This document shows, one piece after another, positions 22,028 through 33,967 of a stretch of DNA of 64,000 nucleotides. The stretch's first letter is position 1. Every line of letters starts with the position of its first letter. Origin of the DNA: a virus; the IMG/VR virus record IMGVR_UViG_3300042868_010004, positions 1 to 64,000 of that record; one strand, given 5' to 3'. The position numbers and the translations under genes were made by a program. A model generated the notes under the pieces. That model had not been told where the DNA came from and did no database searches. It saw only the letters and a program-made list of their open reading frames with translations.

Positions 22028-24563
22028 CGAGCGGGTAGCACGGCATCATAGTCTGAATTATATGAGTTATACACCTTCATCTGGCCTTGAAAAAGAGCTA
22101 TCCATGATCATTGGTCGCCCTATACTTATCCAAACCGAATGCGGGCTTTGTGTGCGGGATATGTCAAATTTCGATGTTCTCCTTTCTGTTTCCAAACCCC
22201 CGAAATCTTATGATGCGGCTTGGATTCTGAACAAGATCGAGAAGAAAAATAAGCAAGCGGAGGATATGAGGGCAAGGCGTGAAAAGATCATTACCGAAAT
22301 GCGGAAGAGCTTGATAGAGAAAGGTATAAAAGATTTTTCCACTTATGAGACGACATTCGGATTCTCCGTCTGTAATCTCTTTCAAGACGGTCTGAAATAT
22401 GCGCGGGAGGTGATTGAGAAGTGCGGTATTCAGTATAAAAAGATTGAATATTCGCCCGAACATTGGGTTGTGAGGGTATTCGTATGAAAAAGGAAATCCC
22501 TTGGCGGCTGAATATGAATGTAAGGGTAGGTGATAGACTTGTCCAGCATTATACTAAATGTTATGGCTGTAAATCAACTGACAGCCCACCAGAAGAAAAG
22601 ATCACAATTGATGGCAAAATAGTTTTTAACCAAAAGGGCTGGTCGGTTAATTTCTTCGATGAATTTACGAAAATAGCCGGTTTTACTTGCGTTGGTTGGG
22701 ATTCCGAAAATGGACATCATTTATACAAGAGTTCTGAGCGTGTGGAAATATTAAACTATCCAGAATTACTTTCCGGGCGGCAATACTGGAAAGCAGGAAT
22801 GTTTGTTTATGATTAAATTCATTCAGTATTTGAAATTAAACTGGTGGCGCTTCACTCCTGATAGCTGGCCCGATTGGTATTATCATTGGAAATTCAGAAT
22901 GAAAGATGGTTTGTTTTTCTGGTGGTATTATCGGACTAAGCCGTGGGAAAACAATTCGCGCTGCTGTGTTTGTGCGGGAACAGGTCGGCATCCTAAATAC
23001 GGGGATGAATGTGATGATTGCAAAGGGGCGGGGCAATATCCGAGGTATTGGGAAAGCAAAACGAGTCGAGCCTTTCAAATCCTTCGCCTGAGAATTAATA
23101 ACAGAATAAAGAAAAACCCTTGACAGTAAAGAGCTTTTACCTCAATGTTTAAACATGACCGCTAAATACGGAATTCGGAATAAAATTACCGGGAAATACT
23201 TGAATTGCAAGCTCGGCGGGGTCTTTCATTATCAAGACTATCCAAAGGGCGATCCCGCCGAATATTGGGACAGTATGACGGAAGCAATTCTAAATATTAT
23301 CGGGTTGAACGGAGAGGTATTCCTAGAGGTATTCCAGAAACAATTTGACTGAAAAAACAAAAACAATGAGCGAAGTGAATTGCTTTGCGCCGTGAAACAA
23401 GCAAAATGAAAACCACCAAACATATTGAATTGATTGAAAAACACACCGGCGGGCTGCATTCCGGCATTAAATATTATGCGGACGACAAACAAATCAGTCG
23501 GGAGGAATTTCAAGATATAAAGAACGAGGCTTGCCGATTGGAATGCATGTCGAACAGTCAGACGAACGGAGTTTGGACGTTTTATACAACGGCAGTTCTG
23601 AATTAATTTTATGAAAATCATTGAAGCAGAAAAGGGCGATTCAATCTATATTGCCTGTCAGAAAGCGGCTATGGAGTCTAAAAATATCCGAGGGATGGTA
23701 TCTCTGAATTTTAACGACATATCTATTATTATATCCCCATTTAGCGATCCAGATGACTCCGCAACAATCTACAATCTAAAACATAAAATCAAACAATTAG
23801 AACGGCCAATAGACTATCAAAATTAAAATAAATCAGGTCGGTTTGTCTTCGCGGGCTCTTTAATTAGAGTCCGCTTTTTTGTGCTCAGGCGGTATTCTTT
23901 GACAATTTTTTAAACTTGACACACTTCTTGCTTCATAATTTTTTACAATTTCCCTATGTATTTCCAGTAATTTCCCCCATGCTTCATTAGGGGAGTTCGC
24001 CCTTACTTTGCATTTGATTTCGGCATTTCTCCTCGTATGTTTGTTCTCGTTAAGGCAAGAAGAAAAAGGATCGACAAACCTTTACTCTTTAAGCCAATCA
24101 ATAAAAATAAACACACAAAACAAACACAAACAAAGGAATACAAATGCTGACTATGAATGTAAAGGTCTCCCGTGAAATCGCCTCCATTGAGAAGCTTGAA
24201 AAGAAAATGGTCGCCCGAACGGCAAAATTGCGCGCGCTGATTGAATCGTCAATGCAGACCCCGCCTCGGTATGCGAATTCGCCCCGCTATAATCTTATGA
24301 ACCCGGTCATTAAACCGGAGGACGAGAAGAAAATCAATGCCATTCAGTCTGGCCAGAATGCGCCCACTCCGTTTAAGAAAACATGGGGGCCGGGAAAAGC
24401 TGTGCCGAATAAAATAAAGGATGAAGTCAAAGACTATCTCAGAGAGGGATTTACTGGGAAAGAAATTCGGACCCATCTAAATATCTCTCTTCCGACCATC
24501 CAGAAGATCAAAAAGGAGATCGGGCTGGTTAAAGAACGGAGTCTGTTCGGGGGTGGCAAATGA
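22020..24563 (+). CDS. Small hypothetical proteins: 22020-22487, 22484-22816, 22803-23123 (CxxCxGxG pair), 23155-23352, 23406-23606, 23611-23826, 24144-24563 (C-terminal HTH-like)
   Basis: Overlapping or promoter-linked ORFs. Confidence 0.7.
23851..23880 (+). terminator. Intrinsic terminator
   Basis: GCGGGCTCT-TTAATT-AGAGTCCGC followed by T6. Confidence 0.85.
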
Positions 24564-24899
24564 AAGACATGCTATGGGAAGGCTTCGTTTTAAGGAAATC
24601 CGATGGGGAAGAATTAAAAGCGACGATCTGGGATTTAGGATATGCAATTGTGGTGTCTTTCGATGAAGATTTACATTTACTTAATGAAGTAATACTGCCG
24701 GACGAATGCAAATGGATCTTAGAGAAACAGATGGATAAATTCACCGGATAGACAGTTCAAACGCCGTTTGCCGGTATACAAACCTCTGGAAGAGGATGTT
24801 GTTGATTCTCAGACCGCGCAGGAGAAACTAAGAGAGTCTTGCGAAGAATATCAGAAGTGGTTAGTATTCTCTGGTTTAACAATTAACTTATCTAAATAA
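24560..24899 (+). pseudogene. Gene interrupted by a +1 frameshift near 24723-24748
   Basis: The track ORF stops at 24751. The +1 frame reads RWINSPDRQFKRRLPVYKPLEEDVV...LSK* to TAA 24897, 1 nt before the next ATG, with no ATG of its own. Confidence 0.6.
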
Positions 24900-24900
24900 A

Positions 24901-25210
24901 ATGTCTATCATAATCATCCCCCGCCAGCCTTTATAATCCCGACAAACGGGCGGAATTCATACAACTGATCGAAAAGAAAATTCACCAATCAATCACGCAT
25001 TGGGAGCGGTATTCCGATGGCCAAATAATTGCCAGCCAGCAAAAATTTCACCATGATCGTTATCAAGCTCTGACTGATGAAGTGGAAGAAATGTTCGGAG
25101 CCATTGGCATTAAAACGGATTGGCCCGGACTGCATCCTGTTTGCTTGATGCCCGATGGAACATCCGAATACAATATTGAGCGGGCCGTTAATACTATATT
25201 CAAACAGTAA
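24901..25210 (+). pseudogene. Gene with a +1 frameshift in the C5 run at 24918-24922
   Basis: MSIIIIP, then the +1 frame ASLYNPDKRAEFIQLIEKKI...DWPGLHP...IFKQ*; the zero frame stops after 11 aa. Confidence 0.7.
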
Positions 25211-25215
25211 TAATA

Positions 25216-28200
25216 TGAACTTAATTGGTTTTATATATTTTCATGATTTAGATCCTAATGATTTTCATCATGCGGGATATTTCAAGGCAGATGGACACGC
25301 CCTGACAAACATTCCTCTGGCTTACCATGTTGATTTTCAAACAAAATCCGGCGAGCCCTTCTGTTGTTGCCTTGGCGGAGAAGAGTATTTTTGGCCGGAC
25401 AGAGAATGGGGATTTACTTTTAATCCGTAAAATGGTTGACAAACCGGAAAATCCGCCCTAGATTCATTATCGTAATACAAACACCATGAAATTCACCATC
25501 GTAAATAAAACCCATCGCCGATATTTCTCTCATAGGGCTGGAGATAAAAATTTCTATCATGATAAACCCGTGATCGAATTTTCGGAAAAGCTCCCTGCCG
25601 AAGAGTTTATTTTTCAATTGGATGGCGAAAGATATTTGGAAGTCATACCCACAATTCCAACCGAATAAAACATTATGAAGCTGAACAATAAACAGTCCTG
25701 TGCAATTATTCGATACCTCATTACAAACAATCTCTTCGGGGATCTAAATACAACTTGGCCAATCAGTGATGCCTTGCCGACCCTCGGCGAATTGTTTGAT
25801 GGGGAAATTAAAGAGGCTCGAATTATTTATCGGTTTGGCATGGCTGGGAAGATTTGGAACAGCGGAGACCGAATTTATATCACGGGGCGGAATGAGACCG
25901 AATTGGGGCAAATTCATTTCGGATTGGCCGAACGAGAGCGGGTAGAAATTCAATCGGCAAATAATAATATAGCAGCAATCATTGAGGATTATAAGGACTA
26001 ATCATGGGTGCGCATTCCACAATCAACGTAACTAGAAAAACCGCTTTAGAGTTATATCTTAAGCGATTTCCACAAATAACAGACAAGGAACTAGAGGATT
26101 TCCTAGGGTATCACTTGGACAAGTATCTGTACAATGTAAATATCGTGCCGGATGATTATGAGTTCCGTGAAGATGTATTACAAGGCGACCGTATTGCGCG
26201 AAGTCATTTAGAGTAAGCGTTTTCCGTTTTCTGTGCATTATCATACCTGATAAACCCATGAATACTACAACGAAGGCTACCTATAAGACTGTTAAGACAA
26301 TCAAGGATTACCCCGTTAATAAGTTTCGCGGAGGCTACTCTTTCACAATCCCCGCCGGTTCTATTGTTAGTAATAAAACCGCTTGTGGCTATGATGATTC
26401 ATGCCGCTTTTGGGTTAATTTCCGGGAAGTCGCGCGGAAAGTAACGGGATACAAAAATAGTCTTCTGTCTCATGATTTGGAGTATTATGGGGTGAATGTC
26501 CCGGCGGTGTATTACAAGGGCTCGGATTACATTTATGATGGCCGGGCGGGAATCTTTAAGGATCGGGCATTCGCTGAATTAACAGCGGAGAAAATTAAGG
26601 CGGATTTAGAAATGGAAAACAGGCCGATCATAAAAGAAGTTTTACTGAATGAACACGAATTCAGAAACCAAAAATGGATAATTGAGAAAATGTTGCCTTG
26701 ACTTGGCCGGGCTGTCGGGTATTGTCTTATCTGTAAATCGAAATCAAACATGAAAACAATTTCCATTTCTGATTATTTGTTTCATTCTTTTCGCTTATCT
26801 TGCGATCAACTTGAAGTTAGTGAAGGCCCGGATTCTTTTACAATTGATGCAAAAGATATTCCAGTCGCCATACTGGCTGCTGATAGCAGCGCGGCAGAAG
26901 AAATTTTATCAGAGATAAGTGAGAGAAAAGGCTATGTTCAATTTGTTAGAAAGTTTGATTCTGTTGCGGTAAAATTTTCAAAAAAGCCAAAGCTGTGAAA
27001 ACAATCAATCCAGATAATTTCAAATACCGAGTGGACTATGCCGCTCAATGCTTTACAAAAGGTATTCAATCCCGATCTTTTGATAACTGTTTTGAAATGT
27101 TTGATGGGGATGCGGTTATTGTCGCACTTATTCGCCGGGCAAATAAAAACGAAAGGCTGAAACAGGCGATTCGTCGCGGTTGGTCTGAATTTGGCCCGAT
27201 GGGCTTTCCTGTAAGCTGGGAGAATGTTTACAATCTGCACAAAGATATTAAAGACCTTGTTGCCTTGGCCAAGCAAATGAGGGAATCCGCTGGGAGGAAA
27301 TATGGAGTATGAAAGACTTTACCCTAGACGAATTAAAAGAATCTACCCCCTGTCAAATCTCCGACAATCCGGTTCGCTATATGTTGCCGAGCTGGTATGA
27401 TTCACGAGGAGAGAAGGGCGGATATATCTTTGATGATCCATCCAAAGCATTAGAATTCAAAGAGATTGAAATCCGAAATGCGGAATACCGATTAAGGGTA
27501 TTTAAAGAGCGGGAAGAGAAAGAGGAAAAAGAAAAGGCGGAACAAGAGAAGTTTCTAGCCTCATTCAACGGTTTTCTAAGTTCGGATCGTATGAAGGCCG
27601 GAAAACAATTGAAAACCCTAACCGCTTTAATTCGCTGGGAAGACAATGACGGACTAAGGACCGGAAATAAAAAAGAGTATATCGAGCGGAAGATAGAGCT
27701 GGGGTATGTTCCAAAGATTGATCGGAAGGCCATGTGTGACAAGCGACGGCGCTTTCTGGGCTATTCCGAAGACAAGACAGAGTTTTTACTTTGGAATGAA
27801 GCCGAACAGGTTTCCTCTACGATTAATAAGACGGAGTATGATTACGCTGTATTTCTGACTGAAAAACAATAAAAGCCGAATTACTCTTCCGTCATGAGAA
27901 TCAAACCCTACGAACTCCCGACATATATTGACGGATCTTATTATCCAGACAATCGGATAATCCATTTTTATGAAGATATGACCGGAATGCATGGCGGGCG
28001 GCTTGTCCATTTTTATTATGAATTCAATCATGCCGTTGCAGTAATATTTCTGACGGAGGGGTCAAAGAAAGAATTTTTAAATAAACTGCCTTTACATGAA
28101 AAGTCCGTGGGGAATTCTCTGAAAGATTATCTGAATTGGCGTGGAATTGCTTGACAAGGCAGGATTTTTGGGTATTGTCTTCCCTGTAATCAAGACCGAA

Positions 28201-28435
28201 AACCTTCAGGCGAACAAAAAAAATGATAACCGGCACTTCATATTTCCCAAGTAAGGCCCACGCTGAGTCTTATTATACCCCCTATTATGCGGGATTTTCT
28301 GATTTTAATTTCAATAAGATAATTAAGGAAAAAATTCAGTCGGGCGAAATTCATATCGGGAAGCCCCCAATCAAACCCGGACAGACTCTTTTTATTCAGG
28401 ATAATCGCTATTTTATACAGGAGACTAAAAAATGA
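25216..28435 (+). CDS. Small hypothetical proteins: 25216-25430, 25486-25668, 25675-26001, 26004-26216, 26258-26701, 26750-26998, 26995-27312, 27309-27872, 27894-28154, 28223-28435
   Basis: Co-directional ORFs between promoters. Confidence 0.7.
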
Positions 28436-28677
28436 ATAATTCAACACAAATTGAACGCAATCTAGCTATTAATTATCGCTGGTGGTGAGACGATAAAGCT
28501 CCGATCTCATATAAGCATAACGAACAATTGGAAGAAATGGCTTGGGAAAGGATCGTTAAGCAAATTTCCAATGGTTATACCTCTGGTGAGCTTTCGTGTA
28601 GTGTTTGGGAAAATAACGATCATGATACCGAATATTCGGGGTGGTGGGAATTAAAGAAAAGCGAGGGCCGGAAATGA
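28432..28677 (+). pseudogene. 81-codon gene with an in-frame TGA at 28486-28488
   Basis: MNNSTQIERNLAINYRWW*DDKAPISY...GYTSGEL...EYSGWWELKKSEGRK*; ATGA overlaps at both ends. Confidence 0.8.
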
Positions 28678-31600
28678 AAATTCAATCCGAAGATAAGATC
28701 GTCCATGAATCCTCCGATAAGGCATGTTATGTTTATAAACTCGGACAGGGCTTGTATGAGGTTCGCCTGAATGGTCCGACTCATTCTAAAATCATAGGCC
28801 GGTTTGATATGCCGGACGAGGATTGTGAGGCGAAAGAACGAGCCGTTTCTGTGTGTGATGACTGGCAAAATGTTTTGAAAATTATAGAAAAATACCAGAC
28901 AAGCCAATAAAACCGCTTGACCTTGGTTTGAATTTCTCTATGGTTTATAACGTAGCCAACAAACACCCAATGAATCCTCACGAAATTCCATTCCGCCTCA
29001 ATCTTTGGCCAATTTTTTCTTATATTGAGTGGCCAGAAGATCATATGAAAGTACCGGAAAGGAGGGATTGGCTTTATTTAAAGGAAATTCCCGAGGATAT
29101 TTGTGCTAATCTTTCAATCGGGCGACTAAAAGAATTTTTAGAAAACGAAGTCCGCAATCCAAATTTTGTCTTACATAGAGACGAGGCCGTTTGGATTCGT
29201 GAATATCTCTGGAAGCAGGAAAAGCATTTCCGAAATAAAGATTGGCGGAAAGCCTTTGGGGAGTTTTACGAAATGATTTTTCAGGCGTAATTCCGCCTTG
29301 ACTCCGATGGTCTTTCTGCCATTCTCTTATCTATGGAACACACAAACCTCCGCAAACAAGTTAAAACCATTGTTGAAGATAAAATTAAACGCATTTGCGC
29401 AAAGGAATTTCTTGCTGCGAATAAAAAACCAGACGGAACATTTAAGAAAAAGCACGTTCCTTATTCCGTTCCATCTATTATTTCAACACTGACCGGTTTT
29501 CTTTCCGAATTGGCGGACGAAGAAACGGGAATGGATAGAATTGAGGGAATCGCCTCTTTTGTTATCACGGGGGAAGTTTTTGAGAAAGCATTTTAATGAG
29601 AAGTAAAAAACCACTTTGGGAAATAACACCCGCTCCGGGAATTTATTGCGATAAAGTTTGGGGCGAGGGCGATGGTTATCAAATTGCCTGCCGGTATTTA
29701 GATAAATGTTGGCGCAAGCCCACGATTAAATCCGCCTTTCGTTATGCGCAAAAAGTTGCAAATGAATCTGGTTATGCGATGGCAATTAATGCGAGATATA
29801 ACTTAAAAAGATTTCGGAGTAAGAAACCCGTTAAATGTTTTATAGTTAGACCAGAAAAAAATCATGAATAAGTCACTCAAGCTCAGTAAGAATTTTTCGC
29901 GTAATATAAAGAAATTCGTGGAAAAACATGTTGAATTGGAAGATTCTGGATATACAAGAGAAGAGGCTATAATTTTCTTTTCTAATATTGCTCTTACGTT
30001 TACTAAAAGCCCCGATTCAGTCCGGCGCTATTTCTAATTATGCCCGCCCCAAAAGAACCTGATTATTCCTGTCCGCATATTGATGAGGCTATTGCGGAAA
30101 TGGAAAAGGCGCGGAAAATTCATGATGCGCTCCGTAAATGGGGATCGTGGTGGGAAGATAAGGCAGGGGAAGTTGAAAAAGAACTAGGGGAGAAAATTGA
30201 AAAACTGGAAGGCGATATAGAGAAATTAAATGTTACCATAGATGATTTACGCGACGAAGTAGAATATTTTAAGAAAGAACGAGATGAAGCGTTGGAACGG
30301 GCTAAAGAATTAGAAAAATCTGAATAAAAAGTCTTGCGTTTCGCTCGGTTTAGGTCATTCTCTTAATTGCAACACCCATACCAACTCCGAACACTCATAC
30401 TAATGAATACCACCGATCTAAATAAAGAAAAGTTTGTCGCCCTCGTGGGTGCTCTGTCCGTATATTTCCCTGATTATCAGGTCGAAATGAAGGCGGAGGA
30501 TGTTTGCGCCCGGTTTGCCTTTAAGACTGACCCGGCAAAAGGTTTCTGGCTCCGCCCCGATGTTTATCGCGGGAAGTTTGAAATCACTCCATATTTTAAG
30601 AAGTTGCCCAATTATAGCATTTCGGAAATTTATGATAAGGAAGGTAAAAAGATTTCGCCTCCGTCCGCCGGTTTCAGTATTGATCGCCCCGTTGAGGCAA
30701 TTGCAAAGGGTATTAAAACCCGATTCTTCCCGGATTTTGAATTGTATTATTCCGAATGGTTAAATAAGTGGGAAAGCAGTCATAAATATAAAACGGGGAA
30801 GGAAGAGGTTATTAAAACCTTGGCGGAAATTGTTGGGGTGCCAGCCGAAAGCGGCCACAATGGAGAAATTCGAGAAAATCTCTCTCTTTATCGTTCGCCT
30901 CACGCCAGTCTTAAAGAATATCTGTCGGATATTCGTGTTTCATCCCCGGAAAGCATTGAAATTAAGACTTCCTATCTCAACCTTGAACAGGCGAAAAAGT
31001 TGTTGGAATTTATTAAGACGATCTGAAAACCCATGAAAAGCACGGGGAATAACAAAAACTCACTCTGAAATATGAAAAATCAGAAACTTCTATATGGTCG
31101 GAAAATCGGCTCGGAAGAGCAAATTCTTTCTTCTCAGCCTGAGAATTTTGAAAAAGTCAGAGTTTTGGCCGCGCGGGACGGTTTTGGATATTTCCGGGAG
31201 GCTGAATCCCGAAAAAAAATGGCCACAACCTTAGACTTTTATTCTCAAACTCGCATTTCCTTGCCCGATCAAATGGGTCGGGCGACTTTGAAAAATGTTT
31301 TAGAGGCGGCAGATGCGGTCGGCTGTATTGAAATTACGATTCGGCATATTGCGCAAGCGGAGGGTCCGGCATTAAATAAAACCTGTGAAGATTCTTTGAA
31401 TGAATTCGGAATACATAAACTAACCTTGGCGCGGGCTAAACATATTCTTTCTCTTTGGAAGAAATGGACTTGGCCCTATGCGGCAAATATAGGCCAGCTT
31501 CCTAAATTATCAGACTGCACTCAATTTTTATATGATTTGAAGCGAAATAAATAATCAGAATAAATCCCGAATTCCGCCTTGACTTTGCCCGACCTTTCTA

Positions 31601-32383
31601 TACAGTCATAAACGTAATACAGACAATCTAAAAACAAATCCGACCATGAATGACACTCGAACCGATTGGGAGAAATATCAGGCTTGGCTCAAAGCCGTTT
31701 TGATTTGCGCTGAAAATGGTTGGAAAAACATTTCCGGCTGGATTTTCAAAGCGCCCGGCGGCACAATTCATGATTTGAGCGCGGCGGATTTAACCCGCCT
31801 GAATTATATTGAAAAGAACGGAAGTTTTTTGATCGCGGCCTGAATAACAATGAATACATCCGCAAAAGAATTCGCCCGCGCCTTTTATCTTGATTGGGTT
31901 AATAATTATATCTCGCTCGAAAAGATTGCCGAGCATCACGGAATTTCCGTTGAGTTGGCCCGCCTTTTAATTTCCGAAGGTCGGGATACCCATATAAACA
32001 GGATTGGGATGGCAAATGAAACGTTGGTCGAACTTAAGAAATAAAAAACAATCTACAAAAATTATTGAGCGAAGCGAAATAACCGTTTCGCCGCGAAGCA
32101 AGAAACAATTATGAATACAAACAGTTCTGAAACCGCCCTCTTTACTCCTATCGGTAATTTTGATAATCTATATTTTACCAAGGGCCAGAAATACCAAGGG
32201 CGGAAAGTAAATGATCTTCTCTGGGAGGTTACTTGTGATAAGGGTTGTAAACGAATTATAATGCCGGATTGCCCATCCCCGCATCTCATACAGAGGACGG
32301 AGGGGAAGGATATGAAGTATTTCAACTCCTCTCATAAAGTCACTGGGAAATTTGTTTTTGTTAAGACCGAAGACAAACAATAA
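28674..32383 (+). CDS. Small hypothetical proteins: 28674-28910, 28970-29290, 29333-29596, 29596-29871, 29864-30037, 30040-30327 (coiled coil), 30403-31026, 31072-31554, 31646-31843, 31850-32044, 32111-32383
   Basis: Co-directional ORFs between promoters. Confidence 0.7.
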
Positions 32384-32486
32384 AAACGGAAAAACTGTTT
32401 AAATTCCGAAAAACAGGGTTGACTCTCCCCGGTTTGCCTGTCAGGGTAGGGGAGTAATAAAAAACCAAACACGAAAATCTCCGAAA

Positions 32487-32678
32487 ATGAATCCTACCTT
32501 TTACAAAACATTCAAACGCTCCTGCACGAATTTCAAAACCTTCGCCAGCGCGCGAAAGATTACGGTTGATACCGGTTTGACTTATGAGCAGGCGCGGAAG
32601 TAATGCGAGGAATTCAATAAAAACCGCTCGGCGGCGCAAATCCGTAAAGGTACGATGATGGAATTCACGGCGGAATAA
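32487..32678 (+). pseudogene. 63-codon gene with an in-frame TAA at 32601-32603
   Basis: MNPTFYKTFKRSCTNFKTFASARKITVDTGLTYEQARK*CEEFNKNRSAAQIRKGTMMEFTAE*; it directly follows promoter 32419. Confidence 0.8.
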
Positions 32679-32712
32679 CACAAATAATCTAAAAATAAAA
32701 AAGGATTGGATT

Positions 32713-33298
32713 ATGAATATCACAAAAGAAATGCTTCTGGAAACCGTTAAGACTCTTAAGGGATGGGGCTTCCGAGTTTTTATTAATGAGAATAACGATT
32801 GTTACTGTTATATATCTGACGGAAAACAAATTGGGTATATCGAGATTGATCGTCTCGGCGGATATAATTTTTCAACCAAACACAAAGAAAATAAACAGAC
32901 CGGCACAGGCTTTGCGATTGCTCGGAATGCGGTTTTGACAAAAGAAAATGCGGAAAAATGTTTTGCATTCGCGCCGGATTGGGTGCTTGGGCGTGATTTA
33001 CATACGGTTGAGAAATATACCTTGGACAAATACCTGAAAACCTATTGGGGGAAAAATCTTACAGAGGTTTGAAATAAAATTCAAATAAACCCCGACTATG
33101 AAAAGCAATACCTTTGCGTTTGGTTTAATTTCCGGCGCGGCTCCCTCTGGTTTTAATTGGCAAGTGTTATTACATGCGGAGGGCGGCGGACTGGATCAAG
33201 TGATGAATTTTAAGACAACGGAGGGAATGAATGTTGCAATGCTCGGACTCGGATTGAAATTAAGTAAAGGCGGGGCCAGTTATTTGCCCGCGAATTAA
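32713..33298 (+). CDS. Two hypothetical proteins (32713-33072, 33098-33298)
   Basis: ORFs with A-rich leaders. Confidence 0.7.
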
Positions 33299-33415
33299 AA
33301 AAATCTGAAAATAATTCTAAAATTCAGCTAGAATTGTCTTGCAACAGGGCGGGGCTTTGCTATGGTTTAGGAGTAACAAGCGAAACCAATCCGAAAACAC
33401 TCGAAAAACTCCGCC

Positions 33416-33877
33416 ATGACAATCTACGAACCAGTTATTTCCTACCGCAAAAAAGAAATTGAAGCGGTTGAATTGATAGATGCGGCCTCCGCTTACAAAC
33501 ATATTAAAGATTTCCTCTGGTCAATCCGCGATTTCAATCCAAATAAAGAATATGCGGTTTTGGTCGGGATGAATACTCGCGGGATTGTTAAATTCACCCG
33601 CATTCTTTCAATCGGGACCGACAATCAATGTTTGGTGACTCCGAGGGAAGTAATAAAGGAAATTCTTCTTTCGAATTGCAATTCTTTTATTCTGGCCCAT
33701 TCCCATCCTACGGGAGATCCCGGCCCTTCCTCCGCTGATAGTCAAATCACTCGGAAAATAAGAGAGGCGGCGGGCATTATGGATATTCAGTTCCGCGATC
33801 ATATTATTATCGGGCTGCCCGAAAATGATCCGGCGGGGCTTGGTTATTATTCTTATCGGGAGGCGGGTTTGATTTAA
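33416..33877 (+). CDS. RadC-like JAB/MPN domain protein
   Basis: E...LVGMNTR...ILSIGT.NQCLVTPREV...ILAHSHPTGDPGPSSAD..IT...I...DHIII. Confidence 0.92.
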   Translation: MTIYEPVISYRKKEIEAVELIDAASAYKHIKDFLWSIRDFNPNKEYAVLVGMNTRGIVKFTRILSIGTDNQCLVTPREVIKEILLSNCNSFILAHSHPTGDPGPSSADSQITRKIREAAGIMDIQFRDHIIIGLPENDPAGLGYYSYREAGLI

Positions 33878-33967
33878 ATCGGAAAATAAAATTCAGAATT
33901 CGGAATAAAAGCCTTGCAATGAAGCCGGGCGTCTGTCATTATCTGAATTGTAATAACTGAAATACCA

